Assembly (NCBI GenBank): GCA_030265395.1
Contig: JARFYF010000119.1
Location: 18,749,811 to 18,813,810, forward strand
Length of the DNA: 64,000 bases
Direction: 5' to 3'
Source of the DNA: Rhina ancylostomus
Taxonomy: Eukaryota
Positions 24,346 to 36,318 of the stretch are shown in pieces. Every line of letters begins with the position of its first letter. Position 1 is the first letter of the stretch. Under the pieces are notes generated by a model. That model was not told the DNA's origin. It did no database searches and worked only from the letters and a program-made list of their open reading frames with translations. Position numbers and translations under genes: made by a program.

Positions 24346-26370
24346 TAATAGGATATTAGGAAGAGGGAAAAATGAACATGTCAGCCAGCCTTCTCCTCCA
24401 TAAGTCTTCAGAGACCTATGTATTTGTCTCCAGCACATTTTAAGGGGCAAAAAATTTCTGGTGACCAAGAGTTTCAAAGCTGGTGGTGACAGAGGCACAT
24501 GGTCTTTTGCACAAAGAGCTCTAACCATGCTCCTCTGACTGGATTGCTGGATCTATGTAGGTCAAGATCATTGTCTCTAAATAATTTCAGGCAGTAATAG
24601 CTGATCTTTGTAATGTATCCCAGTTTTCTGAGCACCATAGGTCACCATTACCCCTGATTCAAGCAAAATAGTCTATGTCCTTGAACAGGAATCATTATGC
24701 ATAATAAATACAAGTATTTCTGAGAATTATAAGCTTCCTGAATGTTTAGGGAATAATAATCTGTACGCATGAATTGTTTCATGCTTCTCTTTGGAAAGAA
24801 GAATTCCATGTGCATTGCACACTGAACATACAATTCATAGATGACCAGGAGAGGAGAAAAAAATCTGTTATGCTCATTGACATGTACTTGAGGTTCACCT
24901 GACTCATTCTCAGGTAATGGCCAATGTCACTGTAAGGAGGGGCCAGATCTTTGGAATAAGGTATATATCTCCTCTATGATTATCTTCTGATTCCTGCTGC
25001 AATTAGTATAGGAAGAGCACATTTGTTTCAGCCACAGGATCACCAAAACCTTAGAGGAGATGGCTGTTGGAGTCCCCAAGCTGGGGTTCCAAAGCAAAAG
25101 CAGAACCCCCCTGCTGGGGAGATTATGATGGGGACAGCAGACAACAATAGAGTCTAATGAAAATTGCATGCTTTTTCACCTTAGCCATTCTCAGCTCTGT
25201 CACTCATTATCCATGAGGATGAGGTAATTCTTCTTGAGCAAGGTGAGCTTCTGTGGCCTGAAGGGTATTTCCCCCATCATTTTGTTAGGACAGGCATCTA
25301 TTGTGGGCAAGCTTATCCTGCCAGAAAAAAGGGGAAACTAACATCACAGTTTCAGTAATCATGTGATTTTCAATACTCAATTTTTGATATTAAGCTTGTG
25401 CTGTGACCTGCGAGTTGTTCAGAATGGCTGATGTGGACAGCTGCTATCATGATGTGTGTGTATTTGTATTTGTGAGATGGGAAGACGTGCAGAGGCAGTG
25501 ACTAGAGTACAAGGATGGCTGTGGACATGGCACAGTTGTTTGTGTGCATATGTGTATCTGTCACAGTCAGGATTACCAGCAGAGCACAGGATAAACACTG
25601 CTTTTTAAGCACAATGCAATTTGTAGGCTGCAGTTTCATGATACAATGTTAATTTATGTGCAGAATAAAATGAGGAAAACTAAATAGGGTTGAGAGAACA
25701 AAAACAGACATAAATTTAAAAACAAATACTTTAAATTGGCCACAACAATTATAACTTAAAAGGAGAATTCATGCTTTTTTTAAAGAGAGTGAATTTGCAA
25801 TGCCAGAGATCTCATTTGGCACTAATTAAGCCTTAAGGTCACATTAAAAATCATTTGCTCTTCAATGAACAGGCCATGACCTTTTCCTGGCATATTTAGT
25901 GGGTAACTACACTAACTCCATGCATTTCGTTTATTTGAATGCTGAGTCGCTTGGAAAGCCAAAATCACCTGGTGAGCTAATTTGCTTCTTAATAATCCTG
26001 AGCATTTCTTGTAGTTATATGGCCAATGTTATTGTTGGGGGCTAAATTTTATTTTTTGCAGAAGGAGAAAATTTCTTTTAAATTTGTTTTTTAGTTAAAG
26101 GCATCACCAATACCTTTGTATTCTGAGAAGACAAAATTGTAATTATTTTTGCAGTCAAATTAATTGCAAAATTTGTCAGGTGGGGTAACATTTTCATTTC
26201 ACCTAGATATAAAGGTGCATTAGTAAACCAATTAGGTGTTAATGAGAGTTCAATAGTTATCAGAGCTATTTTCCCTGATACCAGACCACAAATTACCATA
26301 ACTATTAAATTAAGAAGAGCAAAAAGCTAGACAAATAGGTCAATAACACTGACAGTAGTGGAATGAACAG

Positions 26371-26449
26371 GGTATTTGACAAACTGATGATGGGCATCAT
26401 AGGTTTAATTTCTTTAAACCTATGATGCCTATCAGTTTGACAAAGTGCT
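26371..26449. repeat. Long inverted repeat (hairpin)
   Basis: ggcatcataggtttaa (26393-26408) pairs perfectly with ttaaacctatgatgcc (26414-26429); outer caaactgat / atcagtttg and tttg / caaa extend the stem. Confidence 0.9.
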
Positions 26450-26611
26450 ATTCATCAACTGGGAGTAGAGCCGATAGGTGCATTAGAAATTCTTTTTAAT
26501 CTCCCGGTATATTTTTTCTGCTCTACAGCTTTGTTTTTCTTTGAGCAGCAAAGCAAATACATAAAATATGCAATCTATTATGACAAGTAACCAGTGTTTA
26601 AAACTTTGCAG

Positions 26612-26747
26612 ACTATTTCAAGTGGATTTGCACAACGGGAAACCAAGTGGAGTAATAATCCATCATTTAGAAGCAAACACGATCTTAAAGGACAAGAACG
26701 GCCAATTGAAAGACGCCATTCTGGTCAGGGAGATGGCACAAAGAAGG
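26612..26747 (+). CDS. C8orf88: C8orf88 coding exon 3 (TISSGFAQRETKWSNNPSFRSKHDLKGQERPIERRHSGQGDGTKK, 136 nt, phase 0 to 1)
   Basis: Acceptor ctttgcag, donor AGG|gtaatt, open frame. Ends in KK directly before the ERI-Y exon, as in the recalled human sequence (PVKK|ERIKY). Confidence 0.72.
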
Positions 26748-27769
26748 GTAATTGCATTGTTTATATGTTCAGTTAGTATTAAGAAGTCTTTTCAATATGA
26801 AAATAAATTGCAATGATTTACCACTTCAGCCCCCATTCCAAAATAAGTGACCAAAGAAGAACTCAGTTAAAATTATTATAGTCTTAAGGAATTTTCTGTC
26901 TCTTGTGCTTTCTTTGTGACATTAATGAATGTTTTAGCTTAGATCAATTGTAAAAATTTACCAATATTTGTATTGAATCATTGATCCAAAATTGAGTTAA
27001 TTCTGATCTGACTTTGCCCACTCTCTGGTGGAATAGGAGGGAGGTAAATCATAGCCAAGAGCCATTTTGTTTGTCATTGATGAAAAGCAAGGAACCATTT
27101 AGGTTGGTGATTGATGGCATACGTTTTTATACTACACAAAGTTAAAGTGCAACAGTTCTACAAATTATAAATAAACACGTTTAAATGAAGTTGCATATGA
27201 AAGGGCACATAATTTATCTTTATAGTACAGCAGCTACAGAAAAAAATGAAGACTAATTTTTGAATCTGTGTTTTGTTTCACTGGATAACTGAATATAAGG
27301 TAACATTTAAAAATGTCAAATTATGTGATGTTTGTCACAGATGTTGGGCTTCGCCAGAGAAAGATACCTCCAGACAATATGGTAAAATGTGTTGGTAGAA
27401 TTTAGGAAGCCATCCAATGGAGATTGAGAAATTCTTGGGATGGGAGAATGTAAAGGTGGAGAACCAAGACTTGGTTGCACACTGCAGGCTAGATGGCTGC
27501 AGAAACTGTTTAACTAAAGAAAGCTGAATGCTGCACTAAGGTTGTGAGATGGCAACAATAGATAAAGGTAATGGTTTTGTTATTAGGACTGATTAGAACT
27601 ATGTAGATGTTACATTTAATAGCTGATATATTGCTATTGCTTAATTTTGATCTCATCAAAATGGCATAGTATATGAGGCAAGAAAGAGTACTTGATAGAT
27701 ATGAAGGCTTTGAAGTTTACTTTTCCTTGGATTACAACTTTGCCTGAATTGCATTTTGTAATATAGATA

Positions 27770-28440
27770 CAATATAGAACAGTACAGCACTGGAATGGCC
27801 ATTCGGCCCATGATGTTGTGCCGATCTTGATGCCAATTTATACTAAATGTTCTCCTCTTGTGTATCATCCATAACCCTCCATTCCTTTCACATGTATGTG
27901 TCTATCTGAGAGCCTCCTAAACAACTCCAAAGTGCCTACTTCCACCTCTATCCCTGGTGACCCATTCCAGGCATCTTCCACTTTCTGTGTGTAAAATCAA
28001 AAGAACAACTTGCCCCTTGCATTGCCTTTTAAACTTCTCCACTCTGACCTTAAAAACATGTCCTCTGGTGTTTGACATTTCTTCTCTGGGGACAAAATTT
28101 CTAACTGTCTACCTTATTTATGCCTCTCCTAATTTTAAAAACTTCTATCAGGTCTCCCTCAGCCTCCAACACTCTGGGGAGAACAATCCAAATGTGTTGA
28201 ACTTTGCCTTACAGCTCATACCCTCCAATCCAGACAGCATCCTGGTAAGCCTCTTCCAGACCCTCTCCACATCCTTCCTATAATGGGGTGACCAGAATTG
28301 CATGCAAAAGTCCAAGTGTGGTCTGACTAAAGTTTTATATAGCTGCAGCATGACTTCCTTATACTCAACACCCCTACCAAGTATGCCATATGCCTTCTTG
28401 ACCACCTTATCCACTAGCACAGCCACTTTCAGTGAACTAT
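27770..28440 (-). mobile_element. CR1 LINE 3' fragment
   Basis: ORF 28148-28426 VVKKAYGIL...LYKTLVRPHLDFCMQFWSPHYRKD. Confidence 0.92.
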
Positions 28441-29234
28441 AATAATAATCCTGAGATTATTATTTTGCACACAAGGTTTTTGATGGTTGGGAGTAGGGTG
28501 GTGGTAAATGGTAGGAGGGCATAGTGAAAATACATAAGCATAACCAGGAGAACAACAATCTCCACATATGGGGAAAAATCAGGAGGCTAAGATTTTCTAA
28601 ATAAGCAAGTCCTTACTGAAATCTATCACCTCTAGCAACAGGCAGAGCTCTAGTCACAAACCTGCATGTGGAAAATGCTCATTCTTGGAGGAAACAGTCA
28701 CAGTGAATCTGATTAACTTAGCTTGTGGATCAACTCTCAGTACAGCTGACACCACTGCATTCATACTGTGATAGAAGTTCTCCACCTGAATTTATTCTCT
28801 CTTTTAAATAGTGAGCAGCAGGCAGCACTGACATGCAGATTTTACCAGATAGTGGACTGCTTGAAGTTTTGAGGGTGGTGATTCACAGGCATGGCATTAT
28901 GGGATTAATATGTAAACTCTAACCTTTCCTGGAATCGTAAAAGCAATCCAAAGAATTCTGTGCACAAGACAGCTTCTGTGAATTCTTCATTCTGAGCCTC
29001 ATCTCAGTCTGATCAGACAGACTGAGAGCTTTTAGAAGATGAGCTATTCCTTGAATTCATAGCTTCTGATTTCTTGTGTGGGGTCCTGAATGTGATGAAG
29101 AGTGTGAATAAAAAGAAAGGCATGGTGTCCTTCAGGTAGGTATGCATGGCTTTCTGCAATACACCGCAGAGAATATTTGCTTCATTCTGTCTATTTTATC
29201 CTAGTAATCTACAATAATGTGATATAGCCTTTCT

Positions 29235-29530
29235 TCAATGCTCAATACAAGAGGGCATGGCTTTAAAGTAATGGGTGGGAAGTTCAAGGTAGATGTCAGA
29301 GGGAGGTCTTTTACCCAGAGAGTGGTTGGGGCATGGAATGTGCTGCCTGGGGCGGTGATGGAGGCAGAACATTGGTCAAATTCAAGAGATTACTAGACAA
29401 GCACATGGAGGAATTTAAAATAGAGGGATATGTGGGAGGTAGGGGTTAGGTAGTCTCAGGTGAGGTTTAAAGGTCAGCACAACATTTTGGGCCGAAGGGC
29501 CTGTATTGTGCTGCACTGTTCTATGTTCTT
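29235..29530 (+). mobile_element. Young CR1 LINE 3' fragment
   Basis: Close reverse complement of 8989-9290 and 35335-35454; tail ctgttctatgttct. Confidence 0.9.
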
Positions 29531-30594
29531 TGTTCATTTTGGAGTAACAGTTGAAGGAGTAGCCAAAATTGTGTTGTCGGTTGACACCTAATTGTCCTAT
29601 GGCTCAGACGAGAACAGCACACCATTAAGTAACGGCTCATACAAAGTGGCAGTTCATGTATTTGGCAAGAATTTATCAGCAATTGAACTTGGGTTGATGT
29701 CTCAATGTGCAAAGAGCATCTCCAACAATTTTCCTTTGACAATCAAAGGCATTATTGTTGTGCAGTTCCTCATCTTCAGCACATTGAGGGCCAGCAATGA
29801 GCAAATACTAACCTGGACCATGTACTGAGTTACTGAGATTACATATTCTGCAGCAAAGTTCTAAACTCTGATATAAATAGAAGCAAACATCATATGTCTT
29901 AGAATTTTGCAAATAATGCTGAAGTTGCCATTTTGTTGATAATGAAAAAGGAAGCTGCAGACTGCAGGAAGATATGAATGGATTAGTCAAGTGGCAAATA
30001 GAATTTGGTCTAGAGTAGCATGAAGCAATGCAGTTGGGGATGGCAAATCAAACAGAAACCTCTAAATGAAAAATATAGTGGGCAGGTACCTTACGAAATA
30101 TATCCATATTCATGAAAATAGCAAGACAGGTTGAGAAGATGGAGTTACAGTCCTTTACTAGCTGAGGCATAGAATATGAGAAGAGAGATTATGTTGCATC
30201 TGCATAAAATATTGGGCCACAGATGATGTACAGAAATCTGGTCAGTGTGATATAGAAATGAGATCATTGGATGGAGGACAAAGAAATGATGAGGAGTGTC
30301 TGTAGATATTGGCAGTGGTTCAAGATTGATGCTCATTAAAATGAATGAACAGGAAATTAGAGATTACGCTCCCAAGATTTACTACAGCACACTCCTGATG
30401 AAGATGGCTCCCTGCCTGCAGTGCATAGGTATTTTAATATCTGGGCTTCTGAAATCTTGGTAATTGCTCACCACCCCCAACAACAGCAATATTTGGGAGG
30501 AGTGAGTTCATCCATCCAAGCACTTCCTGTGATTTACACTTTTTTTTTAATCCATTCTACATAAGTAATGCTCTTATCCCAAATAAGGACAAAA

Positions 30595-30932
30595 TGGGTG
30601 GCACAGTAGTACAGCTAGTAGAGTTGCTGCCACCAAGTTCTAATGGCCTGGGTTCAATCTTGATTTCTGCTGATTGTATGGATTTTGTAAGCTCTCCTTG
30701 TCACTGTGTGTTTCTTCTGGGTGTTCTAGTTTCCTCCTGCATCCTAAAGATGTGTAGTTTGGTAGGTTACTTGGCCACTGTAAATTGCCCCCAGGTTGTT
30801 GGTGAGTGGTAGAATCTGGTGGGACTTGATCATGTGGAGGGAATAATATGGGATTAACATAGGATTAGTGGAAATGGGTGGTTGGTTTGGACTCAGTGGG
30901 CTGAAGGGCCTGTTTCTGTATGGTCTGACCAT
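30595..30932 (+). mobile_element. Older tRNA-derived V-SINE
   Basis: gtggcacagtagtacagctagtagag...ctgggttcaatc, decayed V domain, tail gggctgaagggcctgtttc. Confidence 0.8.
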
Positions 30933-31349
30933 AGGAAATAAGGTAGGTCAGTTATTTGTGAAGCAGTGCATATTTTCCTCTGTGTGCTTCTGATGCATGC
31001 ATCCAAGGTTCTCAATACCATTGAAAATGCTTCTTGATTTTGACTGGTCTTGGAATCAGTAAGGGTGTTGCATTTTCTCAAGGAGGTTTTGACCACATCC
31101 TTTTCCTCTGACCATCTTTCAAAATCTTCTCATAACAGAGTTCAACATAGAGTGTTTGTTTTGGAAGTCTGGTGGCAGGATGGGAACTACATGGCTTATG
31201 CAGTAGAGCCAAATGAGTGTTGTTAGGCCCTCAATGCTGGGATTGTTGGCAGCATTGTACATCAGGGGCAGATTGTTAGAGGACCTTTATCTAGCAGATG
31301 TTGAATGAAAGGCCTATCTTGGATTACTCTTTTACTTGCTTTTTATAAC

Positions 31350-31577
31350 ATGAAGCAAGCCATTGAGCCCACAGGGTACATGCTAGCTCTCAGTGGAGCA
31401 ATTCTATCTTGCCATTCCCCTTCTCCCTATACCCTAAAATATTTATCAATTTCTTCCCTACTCTAAAAGGTAATCTACAGTGATAAATTGCCCCACTAGC
31501 ACATCTTTGGGATGTTGGAAGAAACTTGAGGTCTGAGTGGAGACTCATCTGGTTAGAGGGAGAATATGTCAACTGCA
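31350..31577 (-). mobile_element. Decayed V-SINE
   Basis: catctttgggatgttggaagaaac...gggagaatatg..aact is the reverse V domain. Confidence 0.55.
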
Positions 31578-32214
31578 NNNNNNNNNNNNNNNNNNNNNNN
31601 NNNNNNNNNNNNNNNNNNNNNNNNNNNNNNNNNNNNNNNNNNNNNNNNNNNNNNNNNNNNNNNNNNNNNNNNNNNNNNNNNNNNNNNNNNNNNNNNNNNN
31701 NNNNNNNNNNNNNNNNNNNNNNNNNNNNNNNNNNNNNNNNNNNNNNNNNNNNNNNNNNNNNNNNNNNNNNNNNNNNNNNNNNNNNNNNNNNNNNNNNNNN
31801 NNNNNNNNNNNNNNNNNNNNNNNNNNNNNNNNNNNNNNNNNNNNNNNNNNNNNNNNNNNNNNNNNNNNNNNNNNNNNNNNNNNNNNNNNNNNNNNNNNNN
31901 NNNNNNNNNNNNNNNNNNNNNNNNNNNNNNNNNNNNNNNNNNNNNNNNNNNNNNNNNNNNNNNNNNNNNNNNNNNNNNNNNNNNNNNNNNNNNNNNNNNN
32001 NNNNNNNNNNNNNNNNNNNNNNNNNNNNNNNNNNNNNNNNNNNNNNNNNNNNNNNNNNNNNNNNNNNNNNNNNNNNNNNNNNNNNNNTGGTTTATTATTG
32101 TCACATGTACCAAGGTACAGTGAAAAACTTTGTTTTGCCTGCCATCCATACAGATCATTTCATCGCATCAGTGCATCGAGGTATAACAGGGGAAAAGGAA
32201 TTGCCCCATTGAAC

Positions 32215-32395
32215 TGAACTCCCTGTCCTCAACTCTCTTTCTCCTTCTCTCATCCCTCACTTTCCTCTTCCTCGTCCCCTCACAGTTGTTTCACCTTCTC
32301 CATCTCCCTCTTCACTTCCCCCATTCCTTCTCTCCTTCTCTGCTCTCCATCCCTCTGCCTTCCACACTTACATTCACCCTTTCTCCCCACGTTGC
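32215..32395. repeat. Polypyrimidine low-complexity tract
   Basis: About 180 bp of mostly C/T; a purine-rich counterpart lies at about 4560-4745. Confidence 0.7.
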
Positions 32396-32774
32396 CACGT
32401 AGATTCCATTGTTCTCCACTTCTAAGTTAGATGTGGAAAATGAATTGTAGTTTTGCCCATCCAGGTTGTCGCACACAACTGCAACCAGTCGGGTTTTAAT
32501 TCAAAGTGAGCCTGTGACCAGCGGTGTGTGTGAAAAGTGACCGTGATGGAACAGGAAAGTGGGCACTTCCAAGGCCTGAAGATTCATCACCAGCCAGACA
32601 CAGTGAGAATTCAGAAGTCTCATTATGCAGAGATTGGTTAGAAAACAAAACTCACGAATGTGGACAACTGGTTGAGATGCATTTAAGGGAAATTTTTTAT
32701 GAGGAGCAGATGAGAAAGAAAGGGAAAATATGTTGATTATCTGACAGGGAGATTACTGACTTACTTATTACAAT

Positions 32775-33105
32775 GCAGCCAGAAACAATTTGGTCCATTC
32801 TGGCTCCCAGTAAAGCAATGTCATCAGTTCCATTGCTCCTCATTTCCCCGTGGTCCTGCAACTTGTTGTCCCTCATCTTCCCATCAACTCCCCTTTGTTT
32901 CCTTTTGCCGATAACCTACACTAAGGGGTAATTTACAGTGGCCAGTTACCCTACTGTATCTTTGGGCTGTGGGAGGAGACTGGAGCACCCGGGAGAAACC
33001 CATGAGGTCACTGGGAGGGTGGGTGAGCTTCACACAGAGAACACCAGAGGTCAGGATTGAACCTGGTTTGCTGGAGTTGTGAGGCAGCGGAATAACTGCC
33101 ATACC
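32775..33105 (-). mobile_element. tRNA-derived V-SINE
   Basis: gtgggaggagactggagcacccgggagaaaccca, gtcaggattgaacctgg (B box), gtgaggcagc. Confidence 0.8.
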
Positions 33106-33145
33106 ATGGGATGAAGCTCAACTGGGCTATAAGCAGCAGTATTTC

Positions 33146-33183
33146 CAGTCCTGATGAAGGGTCTCGACCCGAAACATCAACTG
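33146..33183 (+). ncRNA. Minimal type I hammerhead ribozyme motif (Penelope-derived element, about 33141-33245)
   Basis: CAGUC CUGAUGA A GGGU-CUCG-ACCC GAAA C AUC AACUG; core intact; catca is consistent with CpG decay of cgtcg. Confidence 0.72.
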
Positions 33184-33244
33184 TTTATTTCCCTCCATAG
33201 ATACTGCCTGACCCGCTGAGTACCTCTTTTGTGTCTTTTGCTAA

Positions 33245-33640
33245 TGGTGCAGTCTTTTTGACAAAGTTCTGTTGTAGACCCATTGGTTTGCATCATGACT
33301 TTAATGCTATCATGATGCAAATATAAAATGGAGACAATTTTCTGTGGAGAGATAAATTTGAGGAAAGTTCTCCACAATCATGATGGAATCAAAGGTTTTA
33401 GTGAGGTTGACAAGCTTCCTGCAATTCTCAGAGCATTGTTGCTTGCTGAAGATTATCTCCACTCTGCTTTGGATGGATGGAATCCATACAATTTTGGAAG
33501 TTTTTTTGGCCACTGGAAGGATGGTGTTAAGAAGGACCCTGGAGATGACTTTCCTGGCAATTATAATGGTTGGATTATAGCATTTCTGAAGTCCCTTGTT
33601 GTACATCCCCTTCTTCTCAGATGTGAATGTTGAGTTTATG
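33245..33640 (-). mobile_element. RTE-clade LINE reverse transcriptase relic
   Basis: KVISRVLLN.ILP, EIIFS.QQ..ENCR, LVNLTKTFDSI, LKFISPQKIVSIL.L.HD...TNGS. Confidence 0.8.
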
Positions 33641-33756
33641 GATTTGTGATTGAATCTCTTCAATAATGAACTTTATAACTTCAGTAGGGATGTCACCTGT
33701 TCCCAAGGCCTTTTTTAAACTTGTTTTATGGTCTTTTTGAATTCATGTTAATTAGG

Positions 33757-34015
33757 AGCCAGGATGAATTGAATAGACTGAATTTCACAGCCAGGATGGA
33801 TTGAATAGACTGTTGTGGAATGAACGTATTGATATCAAGGGCAAAATCGTAGTTGAGAAGATATTGCCAGAGTTGGAAACAGAAACATGTTGGGGGCATA
33901 TGCCAGAAGCTGGAACGTGAGCCAGATTTGGAGTCAGGAGCTGGGGTCAGATATATGGCCGGAGCTGGGGATCAGGAATGTGGGCCAGGTATATGGATGG
34001 AGCTAAGGGCTAGGT
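33757..34015 (+). repeat. 24-bp direct duplication followed by a degenerate GCCAG..GCTGG minisatellite
   Basis: agccaggatg(a/g)attgaatagactg at 33757-33780 and 33789-33812; repeated gccag/gagctggg units at 33865-34015. Confidence 0.65.
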
Positions 34016-35334
34016 GAAAATGGAGAAATAGTGGGTGGGAGGATGGATGAGAGGCATGAGAAACAAGGGCTCATATGCCAAAGCCCACTTGTGCATGTGA
34101 ATGCATGATGAGGAGTGATGTCTATGCAAGTGCTTACCAATGTGTGAACATTAAATCCCAAATAATAGAACCTAGTTTCCTATTGCCTAGGATCCCCTTG
34201 CATCAAGACATTACTCTGTCGAGCTGGTTAAAATAAACCATGTACAGGTAACTTTTAGTCCACAAAAGAAGTTTGGGACCATCATGTCAGTTCCAACAAT
34301 GCCAGACCTGAGTGCTGCTCTGATGTCATAGCTTAAACTCAGGTGCTTTAATATCAATATCGTCATCCTGAATAAGATGCAACAGGCAAGAGACACGGCC
34401 TCTTGAAAGAAGAAATTGAGGGCGACNNNNNNNNNNNNNNNNNNAATTTGGAAAAGGAAAGTCAAAATATGCAACCATCTGTCAAGATACAAGTCGCAAG
34501 GAAGGAGTAGGGAGAGCTAGCTCCAGCAGGTGCTTTTCTTGGAAGTAATACATTTGGAGCACATTCTTGACATAATCAACACTCTTGTCAGAGGGACAAG
34601 TGCAAGACCTCATACAACACCCCAGGCATGAGCACCTTTTAATTCATGTAACTGTCTGAGCAAGGGGCCACAAAGATGTTGGAATCCTATGTGCCATGAT
34701 AGTTACTGATGACTGCAGGCTTGAACAAGTCTAATCTGCTCTGTTATCTCCATTAACCTGGCCCCAAGTTATCATTGTTAACAGAAATGTTACCATAAGA
34801 AGGTCAATGTTGAAGCTATCAAGGACCCCACAAAGGTCATCTCGTTTCTGATGGGGCCTCACAGGAAACTTGTCAATTCTCAGCCAATGGGAGCTACAGA
34901 GTATCCATAGGTGTGCTGCCTTGAAGTCCACAGTGATCAACACCTTGGTTTCTTTACTAAGATGAATCAGGACTAATATGACAAGAATAAGGAGCTAATT
35001 AACCATAAATGGTAGGTATTCCTGGATTGGGACCTCCTCCATTGTTCAAGGGAAAAGAAATAGCTCCATAGCTACGTAAAGGCAGAAGTCCAGCAGAGAA
35101 GCTGTGACCTAATGAAGACATGGTGGGTGAAAAGAATGCAGGAGGTCCATCAATTTGCTGATGGCCATGACATGCACTGTCAAGGCTGCATATGATCCAA
35201 TGCTCCACTGCATTGAGAGTCAAGAAATGAAGTGAATTTATCAAGGACAGAGAGGAAATCGGTGGTCTCTAATAGGAGCATTACATAGAATTTGTAACAT
35301 TTAGCAAGCCCAATTAGCCACTGTGACAACTCTT

Positions 35335-35454
35335 CCATAGAACAATACAGCACAATACAGGCCCTTTTGGCCCACCGTGTTGTGCTGACCTTCAAACCAC
35401 ACCTAAGACTATCTAACCCCTTCCTCCCACATATCCCTCTATCTTAAATTCCTC
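35335..35454 (-). mobile_element. Young CR1 3' tail running into a gap
   Basis: catagaacaatacagcacaatacaggccc... Confidence 0.85.
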
Positions 35455-36072
35455 NNNNNNNNNNNNNNNNNNNNNNNNNNNNNNNNNNNNNNNNNNNNNN
35501 NNNNNNNNNNNNNNNNNNNNNNNNNNNNNNNNNNNNNNNNNNNNNNNNNNNNNNNNNNNNNNNNNNNNNNNNNNNNNNNNNNNNNNNNNNNNNNNNNNNN
35601 NNNNNNNNNNNNNNNNNNNNNNNNNNNNNNNNNNNNNNNNNNNNNNNNNNNNNNNNNNNNNNNNNNNNNNNNNNNNNNNNNNNNNNNNNNNNNNNNNNNN
35701 NNNNNNNNNNNNNNNNNNNNNNNNNNNNNNNNNNNNNNNNNNNNNNNNNNNNNNNNNNNNNNNNNNNNNNNNNNNNNNNNNNNNNNNNNNNNNNNNNNNN
35801 NNNNNNNNNNNNNNNNNNNNNNNNNNNNNNNNNNNNNNNNNNNNNNNNNNNNNNNNNNNNNNNNNNNNNNNNNNNNNNNNNNNNNNNNNNNNNNNNNNNN
35901 NNNNNNNNNNNNNNNNNNNNNNNNNNNNNNNNNNNNNNNNNNNNNNNNNNNNNNNNNNNNNNNNNNNNNNNNNNNNNNNNNNNNNNNNNNNNNNNNNNNN
36001 NNNNNNNNNNNNNNNNNNNNNNNNNNNNNNNNNNNNNNNNNNNNNNNNNNNNNNNNNNNNNNNNNNNNNNNN

Positions 36073-36157
36073 AGATAGATCTTGGAGCAATATAAAATAT
36101 TGGCACAACATTGTGGGCCAAAGGGCCTATACTGTGCTGTAGTGTTCTATGTTCTAT
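36073..36157 (+). mobile_element. CR1 3' tail emerging from the same gap, opposite orientation
   Basis: ggcacaacattgtgggccaaagggcct.tactgtgctgtagtgttctatgttcta. Confidence 0.85.
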
Positions 36158-36318
36158 AGAAAATAGGAGCAAAAGTGGGCCTCTCAACCCATCAAGCCTG
36201 CTCTGTCATTCAATAGGATCATGAGTGATCATTCAAATTCAGCACGTTGTTCCTGTTTTCTCTTCATTGCTATGTTATATTTTTAAAGAATTGTTTACCA
36301 ATTCAATCTACTTTGCAG

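Noticed and set aside
26568-26816. 82-aa ORF overlapping coding exon 3 in another frame
   Set aside because: Starts in intron, no homology; its frame does not fit the neighbouring exon phases.
34560-35300. Possible Harbinger Myb/SANT partner relic (ECRRSINLL)
   Set aside because: Similarity too faint to support without a profile search.
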